Below the pieces are notes generated by a model. That model ran no database searches, was not told the origin of the DNA, and saw nothing but the letters and a program-made list of their open reading frames with translations. The position numbers were made by a program, and so were the translations under genes. From assembly GCF_004010195.1 (NCBI RefSeq), contig NC_057745.1:24519593-24583592 (forward strand): 64,000 nt of DNA, read 5' to 3'. Shown piece by piece: positions 24,521 through 37,737 of the stretch (its first letter is position 1; every line of letters begins with the position of its first letter). This DNA comes from Chiloscyllium plagiosum. Taxonomy: Eukaryota.

Positions 24521-25889
24521 CATTCAGACTTTTCAACTCCATGATAGCAATGTTGCAGTGTCTTCCTTTTCTACAAATTTTCAAATTTTCTATTATGACA
24601 ATAGTCTATTAACTTTCCAATGTGGTGTTAAATTTTGCCAGTGAGCAAACTGCCTTCCATTTCTTCCTTAAGCTTCCAGCTGCATTAAATATCAGTTCTC
24701 TACCTTTGTGCTGATAATTGAATTTTTTCTTCCAGTTTTAACAATTAAAATGGTGGCTTCCATGTTATGGAGTGTTTTCCTGCCTTCTGCAGCCAAGGTG
24801 GAGGTTTCCCATTTCTTCACCAGCAAACTGGATGTTTTCCACGCTTTCACAGCTCAAAACAGAACACATCCCATAGCAAAGTTCTTTAAATAAACTTCTG
24901 TGACTGCATCCTTAATAAGTTTTTCAGCCAACATTTCAGTTTAAATTATGAGTGTTCCAGTCTTCAAAAAGTCTTAAAATTCTTCCATTTTTTCCATTTC
25001 TGTTAAATTCAGTCTTTCACATTTGCATCTCCTTAAATTTATTCAATGAATTTTCAAATATTGTAGCCTCAGTTTAACTTTTGGACCCTTACTCTATCTG
25101 CTGTAGCGTTGCCTCATGGACCCTACTTGAAATGGTAGGAATGCTGGTTTTGAAAGGTGACAACTCTGATTAATTTATTTTGTCCTAGTCTGGTCTTTTG
25201 TGCTTTAGTTAAAAAAAAAGCTTGTCACTTTGCACTGTGAGATCTCTCAATTAACTCCCAGTTCTTCCCCAAGAGCCTTCTTCTCTAAGACATCTAAGTC
25301 TTCCCAGTATGGCTAGCATTTACTCTCTTTCCAACCTTCTCTATTTCTCCTGCACTTCTTGCCAGCTCTCAGGTGAAAATTTTCTTTTGGAATGTTGTTT
25401 TCATATTGTTGCTGTTCCCAGGAATTCTGGATTTGGTTTATGCATTTCAGCTTCTAACTGACTATGTTGTTTTAAAGTTGCAATGTTCTTAAAGTAGCAA
25501 ACTCACTTTTGTAAATTTTCTTTCCCCTGGGCCGAATAGATTGTCTCCACTATTGTTACCTTAACAGCAATGGTGTCCACTGCTGATCAGCATGTCCTTT
25601 TGAACTCTTGCACTAACCATTAGTGGCTTCTGGCTAGAGTAGAGTAGTACCACTAGTTTCCTTCTTATGCTAAGTGTAGAGGACTGTCTAATTATCAGTG
25701 GTAGAGGATAAATTACTTAGAGGATTTTAGCAAGGAAAGTCTTTGTTTTGCATGATAGCAATGTGTACAAATAACACTAATGAGTTACATATAATGACAA
25801 CTATTAGGAGGCAGAGATGGCATGTCAGTCTGCACTGGGAAATTATGCTAGACTGCCTGATTCTCCACCCAAAGACTATTTTTTTTGAA

Positions 25890-26205
25890 TGAATTAGATT
25901 CGATTCCCTGCAGTGTAGAAACAGACTCTTCAGCCCAACAAATCCACACTGACCCTCTGAAGGGTAACCCACCCACATCCATTTCCCTTTGACTAATGAC
26001 CCTAACATTATGGGCAATTTAGCGTGGTCAATTTGCCTGACCTGCATAATATTTTGGACTGTAGAAGGAAACTAGAGCACCCAAAGGAAACCCACACAGA
26101 CATGGGGAGAACATGCAAACTCCGTGCAGACAGTCATCCGGGGCTATAATTGAACCTGGGTCCCGGGTGGTGTCAGGTAGTAGTGCTAACCACTGAGTCA
26201 CCCTA
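25890..26205 (-). mobile_element. HE1-like V-SINE
   Basis: Same head, core and CR1-type tail as 24085-24520. Confidence 0.85.
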
Positions 26206-26259
26206 ATCATCTTTCTTAGACTTTGCGGAGTAAATGCAACTTCAACATGAATTTTTGCA

Positions 26260-27215
26260 AAACCATTATCCTATGCAACAATGAACTTCCCACCTCATTC
26301 TTGTGCCATCTTTAAGATTACTTATTTCTATCTCCGTAACGTCACTTCACTTCACCCCATCTTAATTTATCTGCTGCTGAAACTTTCATCTAAGCCTTCT
26401 TTACTTCTTAGATTCAATGATGGCAATGTGGTCTTGGCCAATCTCCCACATGCTCCCCTGTGTAAACTTGAGGTTATTCATAACTCTGCTGCCTGTGTCT
26501 GAACTTGCATTGAATCCCATTCCTCTGTCACAACTGTGCTTGTTGACCTACATTGGTTTGCAGCCAAACTACATTGTGATCTTAAAATTCTCATCATCAT
26601 TTTCAAATCCTCCTGTGGCTTTACTCCTCTCTATCTTTGCAATATTTTCCAACCCAAAACCTTTCTGAGATATATTTTATCTTCTAAATCTGCTGTCAGT
26701 GCACTCCCAATGAGAACTGCTCTAAAACTGGTTTGACACAATTCTAATTTCCAGCATTTTCTTGGTTCACCACTGCACTCTCCACTTCACTTTCCTCGTT
26801 TAAGATACATCTTATCTCCTCCCCGAGAATGCACATTCTCCCCGTGTCTGCGTGGGTTTCCTCCGGGTGCTCCGGTTTCCTCCCACAGTCCAAAAATGTG
26901 CAGGTTAGGTGAATTGGCCATACTAAATTGCCCGTAGTGTTAGGTGCATTAGTCAGAGGGAAATGGGTCTGGTTGGGTTGCTCTTCGGAGGGTTGGTGTG
27001 GACTTGTTGGGCTGAAGGGCCTGTTTCCACACTGTAAGTAATCTAATCTAATCCAATCTTATCTTACAATGAAGCTCCTTGACTAAGATTTCAACCATCT
27101 ACCTAACATCTCCTTCCACGACTCAGTGTCACACTTTGGTATACAATGCTCCTGTGAAGTGCCTTGACAGATATTATAATGTTAAAGGTGCTATATAAAT
27201 ACAAATATGCTGTTC
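26260..27215 (+). mobile_element. Old L2-like LINE 3' part, host of an HE1 copy
   Basis: Degenerate L2 RT C-terminal DNA; tail cctgtgaagtgccttg...aaaggtgctatataaat. Confidence 0.6.
26818..27055 (+). mobile_element. Young 5'-truncated HE1-like V-SINE
   Basis: CpG-retaining core gtctgcgtgggtttcctccgggtgctccggtttcctcccaca; TSD atcttatct (26809-26817 and 27056-27064). Confidence 0.9.
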
Positions 27216-27717
27216 TAATTGTGAGTTCAGATTCTTATAGGCCAAATGGTGTAGCTACTGAAGGATGAAGCATTTTTGAATCTAGGGTGATTACAATGCA
27301 TGCTAAGTTCCAGGGTCATGCTGGACAAAGGAACCTTGAATGAGGCCAAGCATTAAAGTTCCTCTGATCCTTGAGTTTACCAAGAAACAGCTATGTAGAG
27401 CTCCTGCTTAATATCCTCTTGATTATCAAAATTACTCTTTAAAGAATGTAAATGTCTGATATATTCCTACAAAATTTATTTATATGATACTTTAGCAGAG
27501 TTGTTAACTGGTTTATTTCACATCTCCCTAGGATAAGGATAAGATAGATCTCAGTGCCTCCTGAGAAACTTTAATGTGCTATAGGATATCTTTCACAAAT
27601 GTGCTTTTAACTGCAGAACCTGGCTTCTGCTGGCTAATATATGGGGGACTAGCCAGCTTATGAAATGAGTTTTAAGAAACATTGAAATCACATCAACAAA
27701 ATAGTCTAGGTGCTCAC

Positions 27718-27949
27718 CGGCTGTCAAGAGGAACAAGTGAGTAAACAAAGTCTCCATTACAGCTGATTGCAGGGTCAAAGGTGAAACTTGCCCTTATTGA
27801 AATACAATGGCAGCGTTAACCTACTGTCCCTATTTTGTTTGCCTGTTGACTTTGCTTTCTCCTTTAGACATGCGAAGGAGATACAGAGACAGTTTTATGC
27901 TGCATTGACTTTTAACACTGCATCTGAAGTTGAAACCCTGACCCAAATT
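27718..27949 (-). pseudogene. Two pseudo-exons (27843-27949 and 27718-27792) separated by 50 nt
   Basis: NLGQGFNFRCSVKSQCSIKLSLYLLRMSKGESKVNR | ASFTFDPAISCNGDFVYSLVPLDSR; final donor CG|gtgagc; phases 0-2 and 2-2. Confidence 0.6.
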
Positions 27950-28389
27950 CTATGTATACAAAGGGCTCTATGTGTTGGTATTAGGACAGGTTTTGAGAAT
28001 CCTAACCAGTATTTGTATTATTTGTGGGATTTTAAATTCACAATGACATCAAAGAGCAATGATTTATGAAAGATTAAAAATTATTGAACTGAGAATCTGA
28101 TGAGGGCAAAATAGAAGTTTTGATTATATCTGTCTCAGCTGTTAAAAAAAGCGTGTAAGGTCTTAAGATGAATGGTTACTTGAGAAACCAAAACAGAATG
28201 TGAGCAAGCTTTTTGTTATCTAACCCTTTGTGTTGCTGACAGACCAAGTGAATTCTGATTTTCAAGCAGTTCTGAGCATAATGAGCTTCTGATATAAACC
28301 TTAATACTAATGTTTTACCTATTCATAGCATGACATTAATGTTCTTCAAATAGTAATGACATATTCAAAGTTGAGGTCAAACAAAACAA

Positions 28390-28780
28390 CTGCAGCTAAA
28401 ATAAGTGTTCCTGCATTGAAATTGAGCCTGTATTCTTTCAAGTTTTGAAGAATGAGGGGTGATCTCATTAAATCTACAAAATACTTAAGGGGATAGACAG
28501 GGCAGATGTAGGTAAAATGTTTCCCCTGGTTGATGAGACAAGAACCCAGTGACACAATTTCAAAATAAGGTGCAAGTTGAGGAGAGTTTATTTTCACTCA
28601 GAGCTGTGAAGCATGGATGTTTTCTAAAGGGCTGTGGAAGCTCAGTTATTCTAAATATCAATGATGTATATCGATAAGGGGATAACCTGGATAAAGTAGT
28701 ATTGAAGTGGGTGATCAGATATGATTGTGTTGAATGATGCAACGGGTTTGATGGGCTGAATGGCTTTCTCCAGCTCCGAG
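28390..28780 (+). mobile_element. Old CR1 3' fragment
   Basis: gaatgaggggtgatct...ttttcactcagag...gatgggctgaatggc, degenerate CR1 3' end. Confidence 0.7.
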
Positions 28781-29179
28781 CTTACTAATTGTTTATTTAA
28801 AAAAAAAGTTAGGCTTTTAAAATGTATTACAGCATATTCTACTAATCAGTTTTGTTTTGTCACTATTTCTTCTACAGCTTCCTGAAAATTTTAACTTTAA
28901 TTTTACTGAATTTTACTTGTTTTTTTTGTTCTTTTAGTTTAAACTTAAAGCACTTGTTTATTTTTCTGTGTCTCTATTGGTGGTGGAGCCCGGATTCACT
29001 TTTGAGTTTCAAAATCAATGGTTTGCTCATGGGTTGCAATCAGAACTGGCCCACCCACTGAAATCACATTCCATGAGAAAATAACTGACTTCAAGTATTA
29101 TTCATTCAGCTATTCGTGATCAACAAGCCTATAAGATTTACCTAGTTACCACTAGACTGACTCAGGTCCCTAAAAGACC

Positions 29180-29800
29180 AGCCATTGGTTGGCTGGTAGA
29201 TTTCCTACTTCTGAATCAGAAGATGGGAATTCAGAAATGAACACATAACATAGGCTGATGCCTACATGCAATGCTGAGAGAGGGCTGTACTGATAGAGGT
29301 ACCAATTTTTGGATAAGACATTAAATTGAGGGCCCACCTACCTCACATCCTTATATGAACGAATCCATCACGCTATTTGAAGAATCGCAAAGGATGTCTC
29401 CCAATCTTTAATCCTTAGCAAATATCACTGAAAATAGATAAACAAATCACTATTTCATTGCTGTGTTCAGATTAGCTGTCATATTTACAAAAGTGAACTA
29501 TACAGTCTGGTCGGATATAGCATGATAGCTCTGTGCCTGTGTGATCCCACATTATAAGGAAATTGCATAAGAACAGCACCATTTAAACTAATAGGACATG
29601 AATTGCATTGTATTCAATACAGGTAAGCAAAGTTCGTGTTCTACAAATACTGTCTAAATTCTTCAATAGTGTTATAGCTAATTCACGTTGAAGAAGTGCG
29701 TGTTATAGTAGAACCGACTGTGCTTCAAAGTATTTCATTGGTGGTAATTCCTTTGAGATGCCATGAAAGGCATTTTATAAATTAAAATGTTCTCTGTTTC
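29180..29800 (+). mobile_element. SacSINE1/DeuSINE-like SINE split by a MITE
   Basis: Deu-like core and L2-type tail (cttcaaagtatttcattgg...tgaaaggc) resuming after 29722. Confidence 0.6.
29503..29720. mobile_element. Tigger/pogo-like MITE
   Basis: Imperfect 22-bp TIRs beginning CAGTC (15/22 match), flanked by TA and TG; interrupts the SINE cleanly. Confidence 0.6.
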
Positions 29801-31909
29801 TTTATAACCAAGAGGCAAATGGCAGACAAGTTGGGGATGATTTAAAACATCCACCCAGAGCAGGAGGGAATTGGGTGGAGCTGAATCACGTTTGGGAGAG
29901 GCCTGTGCCATTCTTTTGATTCATGTCACTGGTGAGTGGCTTGCGCACTTGGAGGTTTTGAGCATTCAATGTTTGGATCTCGCCCATGAAAGATTAAGTG
30001 AGCAAACTGTGAAGAGACAGGGGCCACCAGGGATTGGGTGTTGCCGAGGTCAATTTTTGACAGATTCCTCCCGATCTTTCAACGAGCACTGCTACCCTAA
30101 AACCTATCCATCTATGTGTGACATAGCATGTTTCTTTTAAGGCAGAAAGGCCCCTGCATGCTCTTTAGACCAAATAACAAACAGGTGCCAGATATAGCTC
30201 AGGAGCAAATGGATTTCATTGTGCAGGAATCTAGTCTGCAGTCTGTGAGAAAAGGAAAAAAAATGCAAAATCTTCTCTCACACTTCTGAAATTACTTTGA
30301 ACTTTCAGCTTCTCTTTGAATGATTTTATGACAATCAATCTGCCAGTTTAATAGCTAATGGATATCTTACATCCATGAACATTACGAGCATTAACCACAA
30401 GTGACATTGATGTGGCTGAGCATTTCAGGCTCGTTTTAAATCAGTCAGAAGTGCAAGTACTGGAATGGCAGTGGAACAGAAATGGGAATTGAATCCCAGT
30501 ACAGCAGAACTACAGTTAAGAACCAGAGCCAGAATCTGAGCATGTGTCCAGCATGGATTATTGAATGCTTTCTCAAGACCTAGAGGTTAAAAAGGATCAT
30601 GCAGCTTTCTGGATAAGAAAGCTTGAGTCAATGACAATGATCTTTCTTTCACCATGGCTTATGTACAACAAACATGGTGCTTTCAAAAACCCTTTGCTCC
30701 AAGTTATAGCATGCAATGCCCACACTGGACTTTCGAAAATTCCATCCATTTGTATGAAATTCTTCCATGGACTATAGAACTGACTTGTTACTATGTTTTC
30801 ATTAAATGAGTTAACAAATATGTTGAAATAGAACAGAGAGCAATTTCACACAGATAATAAAGCTTTTGTTCAAATATGTTTAAGTTTCTTTTTTATAATA
30901 AATAAAAGCTGCAGAACCTACTGTAAAATGAATCTTGTTAGGCATTGTGTCTTTTTGGATTATTTTCTTTGCCTGCACCTCCTCTCCAAGAAGTTCCGGG
31001 ATGTAGAATTACAGAATCATTACTTGCAAAAGGAGGCCATTCAGCCAATCACATCTGCACATTAGGACAAAACTTATTTTGCTGCAAAACTAGAAAGCAT
31101 CTTTCCAAACACTGTCCCTCTTTAAGATACATAAATACCAGTGGGCATCTGTGTGTTTGTAACTGCTCCCATTTTCCTGCTGAAACTTTAATGGAAAGCC
31201 TGCAAAATCTTTAACTGGGTATGCCTTTGGAGCTTCCATTGCACGTCCAATGAAGTCATGATGGAGGAGGGAGATCAACTCCAAGAAAATTCCAAACCCA
31301 ATCTGACACTTAAAAGTGGATGCCATTTTCTATTGTGATCAACATTCATAGGAGCAGTTCAAATAGACAATAATGAATTAAGCAGTTGGTCAACAGATAA
31401 CTAAAAATAATTGTAAGCTTGCAAGTAAGTAGTTTACCATCCATGGTTAGTTATCCTATTCCAATAGTTGAGACAATATTTTCTCTTGGAGTTTTGTACA
31501 ACTTTAAACATAATGATTAGGATATATTTGTGTTGCTCACAATCCGCAGAATGTAAAGTTTCTTCTAAAATGGTAAACCAAATAAACTATTATCCCTCAA
31601 AAGGATTGCGTTTTGCATCAATGTGTGATTCTGTCACAATAAATGAGGTTACATTCCATCTGATTGGGTGTGTCACTCTCATACTGGGTAGATTTACAAT
31701 TGCATTATGTTGACAGGAAGTCACTTTTGTATGAACCCCTTATTCCAAAAACTTCTTCACTTTCCTTTTGTTCATCAAACCTTTATATGCCTGAACAGTA
31801 TTTCTGGCATTTTCTGATCTTGTTTAGGTTTCCCAGCCTCCGATATTTACTTTTCCATTTGCTTCATATGCCATTGTCTCATTTTGAATCACGTTTGATG
31901 CATAATTAC

Positions 31910-32150
31910 CGTAGCACTGACATAAGGAAAATGTGTGAATATATTATGCACTGGTGCGTGTCGACTTCTCACATCTGCAGGTTGAAATCCACAATATGCT
32001 AGATGTTCCAATGTGTCTGTACGTCTGATGATTCTCTTCAACTCTTGGGTCAGTAGGTGGGGTGTTTGACCTTGAGCAAATCCTTCATTCACTTCAGCAG
32101 GTTGGATGCAAGGAGTCAGACTCAGGAGCATTGAGATATTATTGTCTGCT
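31910..32150 (-). pseudogene. Pseudo-exon (241 nt, phase 2-0, frame fully open)
   Basis: tgtttctgtttag|A; ADNNISMLLSLTPCIQPAEV...LLTQELKRIIRRTDTLEHLAYCGF...IFTHFPYVSAT; ACG|gtaatt. Confidence 0.75.
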
Positions 32151-32734
32151 CTAAACAGAAACAGTTTTTAGTAGTAATTTGTAGGTAATCTGCAGAGACT
32201 TTGGTTTTCATTTTGTATAGAGGGATGCTGCAAAAGAGACAGATGCAAAGACAAAATGAGAATGTTGCAAGAAATATTTTTTCATCTTGCTTTATTCTAT
32301 TTCTATACATTTGAAACCTGATCATTTCTATTGTGTGGCTGCCTACTCTTTCTGGACTAGCTCACAAAACCATCAATTTCATAAACAGGCAACCATGTCG
32401 CTCAAAATGGCTCAGTCCTTATGATATTAAAAAACTAACATTACTCAAAGAATTACTCATCAGGCATCTTATCAAATGTCTTAGAAACCTGAATGAAATT
32501 GTATGTTGTCACATGTCCACAGCCCACAATGCTTTAAGCATGCAGACAAAAGAGCTTGAAAATGAAAGGATTAGGGCCTCTTGTTAAAACAGCGGACAAA
32601 GGCATGTCAATCAAACTTGCTGAGCATCTGACCACTAATATCGAAAAATAATTATCAGGCAGCAATAGAACATCCTAAAGATTGCAAAGGTATCATGCAG
32701 TTTTTGTTTTGTTTAGTATTTTTCTCATTTTCAT

Positions 32735-33560
32735 AGAATCTTAAAATCATAGACTGAGTTCTGTAGAGAAAGAGGTCATTCAGCCTGTTGTGTTTTTGAC
32801 ACTGTCTGGAAGAGCAATTCATTTCATCTTACTCCCCCAACTCTTTTCCATAGGCCTGCTATTTTGTTTTGTATTCAGATAATTATCCAATTCCCTTTGA
32901 ATGCCATGATTGAATCAAACTCCACCACATGCTCATGCAATATATTCCAAATCCCAACTAATCGCTATGTGAAAATAATTTCCTTATGTCATCGTTGTTT
33001 TTTTCTGTAAATCACTTTAAATTAGCCCCTTTTGGTTCTCAACTGTTTTGCCAATGGAAACAGTTTCTCCCTCTCTACTCTATCTAGACCCCTTACGATC
33101 TCATGCATCTCTATCAAATCTCCTCAAAACCTCCTTCCCTCTAAACAGCACCAGCTTTTCAAATCTATCCATATTACTGACTTCTCTCATCCCTAAAACC
33201 ATTCTCATTCTTGTAAATCTTTGCTGCAATCTGTCTTCACATCCTTTCAAAAACATAGTGTGCAGTATTGGACAAAATATTCTACTCGAGGCTGACCTAG
33301 CATTTTATAAATGTTCAGCAAAATTCCTTCTCTTTTGCTTGTACTTTATGCCTCCGTTTATAAAGCCCAGAATCTCAAATGCCTTACAAAGCCTCGTATA
33401 TCCCTTACATGCTTTTTCAATCCTGTACCTCCTTCAACATATACATGTACATTTGCACGTTTACCCCAGATCTGTTTGCTCCTGCACCTTCTTTAGAATT
33501 GTATCCTTTATTTTATATGATCTCTTTACAATCTTCTTATGAAAAGGTATCACTTCATAC
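32735..33560 (-). mobile_element. Old CR1 fragment
   Basis: catagaatc tail motif and degenerate CR1 ORF2 C-terminal DNA. Confidence 0.6.
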
Positions 33561-34296
33561 CTTAGATTATTTAATTTTCCACATGCATCCAAACAGACCA
33601 AAACATATCCTCATAAAGTCTATCATTAGACTCATCAGATCTCCCAATATTTCTAAAATCTGTTCCACCAATAAAGTTTTGCCTTATTTTTTACCCATTT
33701 TGTCTCAGTTATCCTTATTTTTCTTGTTGAGTTCAGACATGTTAGGCATAAGACGATATATTTTGCAAATTTTGACTGCAGCTTTATGAGGAGAAGGTAT
33801 CAAGATTTCAAAAATTGAGGTGACAAGAACTACAGGACTTTCTGTTCATGGGCAGAAACTTATAGATGCCTCACTCAATGTCAGGACAAACTAGCTGCAT
33901 CCTTTAATTAAGTTCCAGATGCCAAGGCCAGATTCTCAGTAGGCAGCAGCAAATTGCTTGTTAAGGGGGATAATTGCTTGTGAATAAGCTTATTAATGGT
34001 AAACCTTGCCTTGGTAATATACAGCTTCCTATTGTACCATATAGTATGATCAAAATAAATGGTGAGGTACAAGTCAGTGAGACATACAAGTCAGAGCAGT
34101 TACTTGGTGATGTGAGCTCATCATTTCCTTCAAAGGACCTCCATGTTGGACACCAGGCACCAATTTCTCAGGGTATACTTGATTGGCATCAGTCATAAGC
34201 TTCCCATGTCCATAAGACCATAAGACATAGGAGTGGAAGTAAGACCATTCGGCCCATCGAGTCCACTCCAGCATTTAATCATGGCTGATGGACATT

Positions 34297-36810
34297 TCAA
34301 CTCCACTTACCCGCATTCTCCCTGTAGCCCGTAATTCCTTGTGACATCAAGAATTTATCAATCTCTGCCTTGATGACATTTAGTGTCCCGGCCTCCACTG
34401 CACTCCGCAGCAATGAATTCCACAGGCCCACCACTCTCTGGCTGAAGAAATGTCTCCACATTTCTGTTCTGAATTGACCCCCTCTAATTCTAAGGCTGTG
34501 CCCACGGGTCCTTGTCTCCTCACCTAACGGAAACAATTTCTTAGCGTCCACTCTTTCCAAGCCATGTATAATCCCAGGATCCTCAGCCGTTCCTCGTATG
34601 TTAGACCTACCATTCCAGGGATCATCCGTGTGAATCTCCGCTGGACACGCTCCAGTGCTAGTATGTCCCTCCTGATGTGTGGGGCCCAAAACAGGACACA
34701 GTACTCCAAATGGAGCCTAACCAGAGCTTTATAAAGTCTCAGTAGCACAACTGTGCTTTTATATTCCAACCCTCTTGAGATAAATGACAACATTGCATTT
34801 GCTTTTTTAATCACGGATTCAACCTGCATGTTTATCTTTAAAGAATCCTCGACTAGCACTCCCAGATCCCTTTGTACTTTGCTTTATGAATGTTCTCACC
34901 GTTTAGAAAATAGTCCATGCTTGTATTCTTTTTTTTTTTCCGAAGTGTATTACCTCGCATTTGCTCACATTGAATTCCATNNNNNNNNNNNNNNNNNNNN
35001 NNNNNNNNNNNNNNNNNNNNNNNNNNNNNNNNNNNNNNNNNNNNNNNNNNNNNNNNNNNNNNNNNNNNNNNNNNNNNNGATAGACCACATCCACTGGGTT
35101 TCCCTGGTCTAACCTACTAGTTACCTCTTCAAAGAATTCCAACAGGTTTGTCAGGCACGGCCTCCCCTTACTAAATCCATGTTGACTTGTTCTAATCCGA
35201 CCCTGCTCTTCCAAGAATTTAGAAACCTCATCGTTAACGATGGATTCTAGAATTTTACCAACAACTGAGGTTACACAAATTGGCCTATAATTTTCCATCT
35301 TTTGTCTTGATCCTTTCTTGAACAATGGGGTTACAACAGCGATCTTCCAATCATCCGGGACTTTCCCTAACTCCAGTGACTTTTGAAAGATCTCAACCAA
35401 TGCCTCCGCTATTTCCTCAGCCACCTCCCTCAGAACTCTAGGATGTAGTCCATCAGGGCCAGGAGATTTGTCAATTTTAAGACCTTTTAGCTTTTTTAGC
35501 ACTATCTCTTTTGTAATGGCAACCATACTCAACTCAGCCCCCTGACTCCCTTTAATTGTTGGGATATTACTCATGCCTTCCACTGTGAAGACTGACGCAA
35601 AGTACTTATTAAGTTCTCCAGCTATTTCCTTATCTCCCATCACTAGCCTTTCAGCATCAGTTTGAAGTGGCCCAATGTCTACTTTTGCTTGTCGTTTGTT
35701 TCTTATGCATTGAAAGAAACTTTTACTATCATTTCTAATATTACTGGCTAGCCGACCTTCATATTTGATCCTCTCCTTCCTTATTTCTCTCTTTGTTATC
35801 CTCTGTTTGTTTTTGTAGCCTTCCCAATCTTCTGATTTCCCAGTGCTCTTGGCCACTTTATAGGATCTCTCTTTTTCTTTGATAGATTTCCTGACTTCCT
35901 TTGTCAGCCATGGCTGTCTAATCCCTCCCCGGATAATCTTTCTTTTCTTGGGGATGAACCTCTGTACTGTGTCCTCCATTAAACCTACAAACTCCTGCCA
36001 TTTTCGCTCTACTGCCTTCCCCGCGAGGCTCTGCTTCCAGTCGATTTTCGTCAGTTCCTCTCTCATGCCCTCGTAATTACCTTTGTTTAATTGTAACACC
36101 ATTACATCCGATTTTGCCTTCTCTCTTTCAAACTGCAGACTGAACTCTACCATATTATGATCGCTGCTTCCTAAGTGTTCTCTTAATTTAAGATTTTTTA
36201 TAAAGTCTGGTTCATTACATAGCACTAGGTCCAAAATTGCCTGCTTGCTTGTGGGCTCCATGACAAGCTGTTCCAAAAAGCCATCCTGTAAGCATTCCAA
36301 GAATTCCCTTTCTTTGGATCCACTGGCAACATTATTTACCCAGTCCACCTGCATATTGAAGTCCCCCATGATCACCGTGACCTTACCTTTCTGACATGCC
36401 TTTTCTATGTCCCGGTACATCTTGCACCTCTGGTCCTGACCACTGTTAGGAGGTCTGTACATAACTCCCATTATGGTTTTTTTGCCTTTGTGGTTCCTCA
36501 ATTCCACCCACACAGACTCCACATCATCCGACCCTATGTCATTCAGTGCCATAGATTTAATTTTATTCTTAACTAATAAGGCCACCCCGGCCCCTCTACC
36601 CACCTCCCTGTCTTTTCGATAAGTTGTAAACCCTTGGATGTTTAACTGCCAGTCCTGAACCCCCTGTAACCACGTCTCTGTGATGCCTAGCACATCATAA
36701 TCATTCACGATGACCTGTGCCGTTAGTTCATCTACTTTGTTACGAATGCTACGAGCATTCAGGTAAAGTGCCTTAATGCTAACATTCTTATCATTAGAGA
36801 TATTGGAAGT
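34297..36810 (-). CDS. CR1 ORF2 (endonuclease + reverse transcriptase), disrupted toward the C-terminus
   Basis: YLNARSI, GITETW, YRPP, MGDFN, SDH, SPGPDG, NYRPI, QHGF, CLTNLLEFF motifs; frameshifts after the gap. Confidence 0.9.
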
Positions 36811-36989
36811 CATAAGATGTCCTAAGTTATCCTTCCTTTTTGGTGCATTCCTAATCTGCCTCAAGGTTAAATCCACCTGCATACATGCTGGACTCCTGCT
36901 TATCTTTCCATTTAACTCCATACACCCTGTCGCTTTCACTTTCCCTTCCCCCCACCTCAGAAGTCCTACTAACCACCCCATTTATCCTC

Positions 36990-37737
36990 TTCACTAGAAC
37001 ATTGGCACCAGATTGTTTCAGGTGGAGACTGTCCCAACGGTACAGATCCCCCCGGTTCCAAAACTGATGCCAATGCCCCATGAAATGGAATCCCTCTTTC
37101 CCATACCAATCCCTTAGCCATGTGTTTACTTCCCTAATTTTCTTATCCCTATGCTAATTGGCACGTGGCTCGGGCAGTAATCCAGAGATTATGACCATTG
37201 AGGACCTGTACTTCAATTTCCTTCCTAGTGCTTGATAATCCCCAAACAGGTCCTCCACCCTAGCTTTGCCTATGTTGTTAGTCCCAACGTGGACCACAAC
37301 AACTGGATCCTCCCCCTCCCGCTTCAATATCCTTTCAAGCCGGTCGGAGATGTCCCTTACCCTGGCACCGGGCAGGCAACACACCATGCGAGACTCCCGA
37401 TCCGGCTTGCATAGGATACTATCTGTCCCCCTAATTATAGAATCCCCTATAACAACTACTTGTCTTTTTGCTCCCCCCTCTTGAATGGCCTTCTGCACCA
37501 TGGTGCCGTGGTCTTACTTAATCTCCCAGGTGTGACTGCCTCCTGAAACAAAGCGTCCAGGTAACTCTCCCCCTCCCGGATGTGCCGCAGTGTTTGAAGC
37601 TCAGATTCCAGATCATCAACTCTGAGCCGGAGTTCTTCCAGCAACCAACACTTGCTGCAGATGTGGTCACTGCCATTCACAATGGGATCAGCCAGCTCCC
37701 ACATCATACAGCTACAGCACATCACCTGCCCAGCCAT
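36990..37737 (-). CDS. CR1 ORF1 (zf/lz + SGNH esterase), frameshifted
   Basis: CCSC...CSKC...LEELRLRVDDLESEL; VVVIGDSIIR; CCLPGA; VHVGTNN; DSLHL. Confidence 0.85.
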
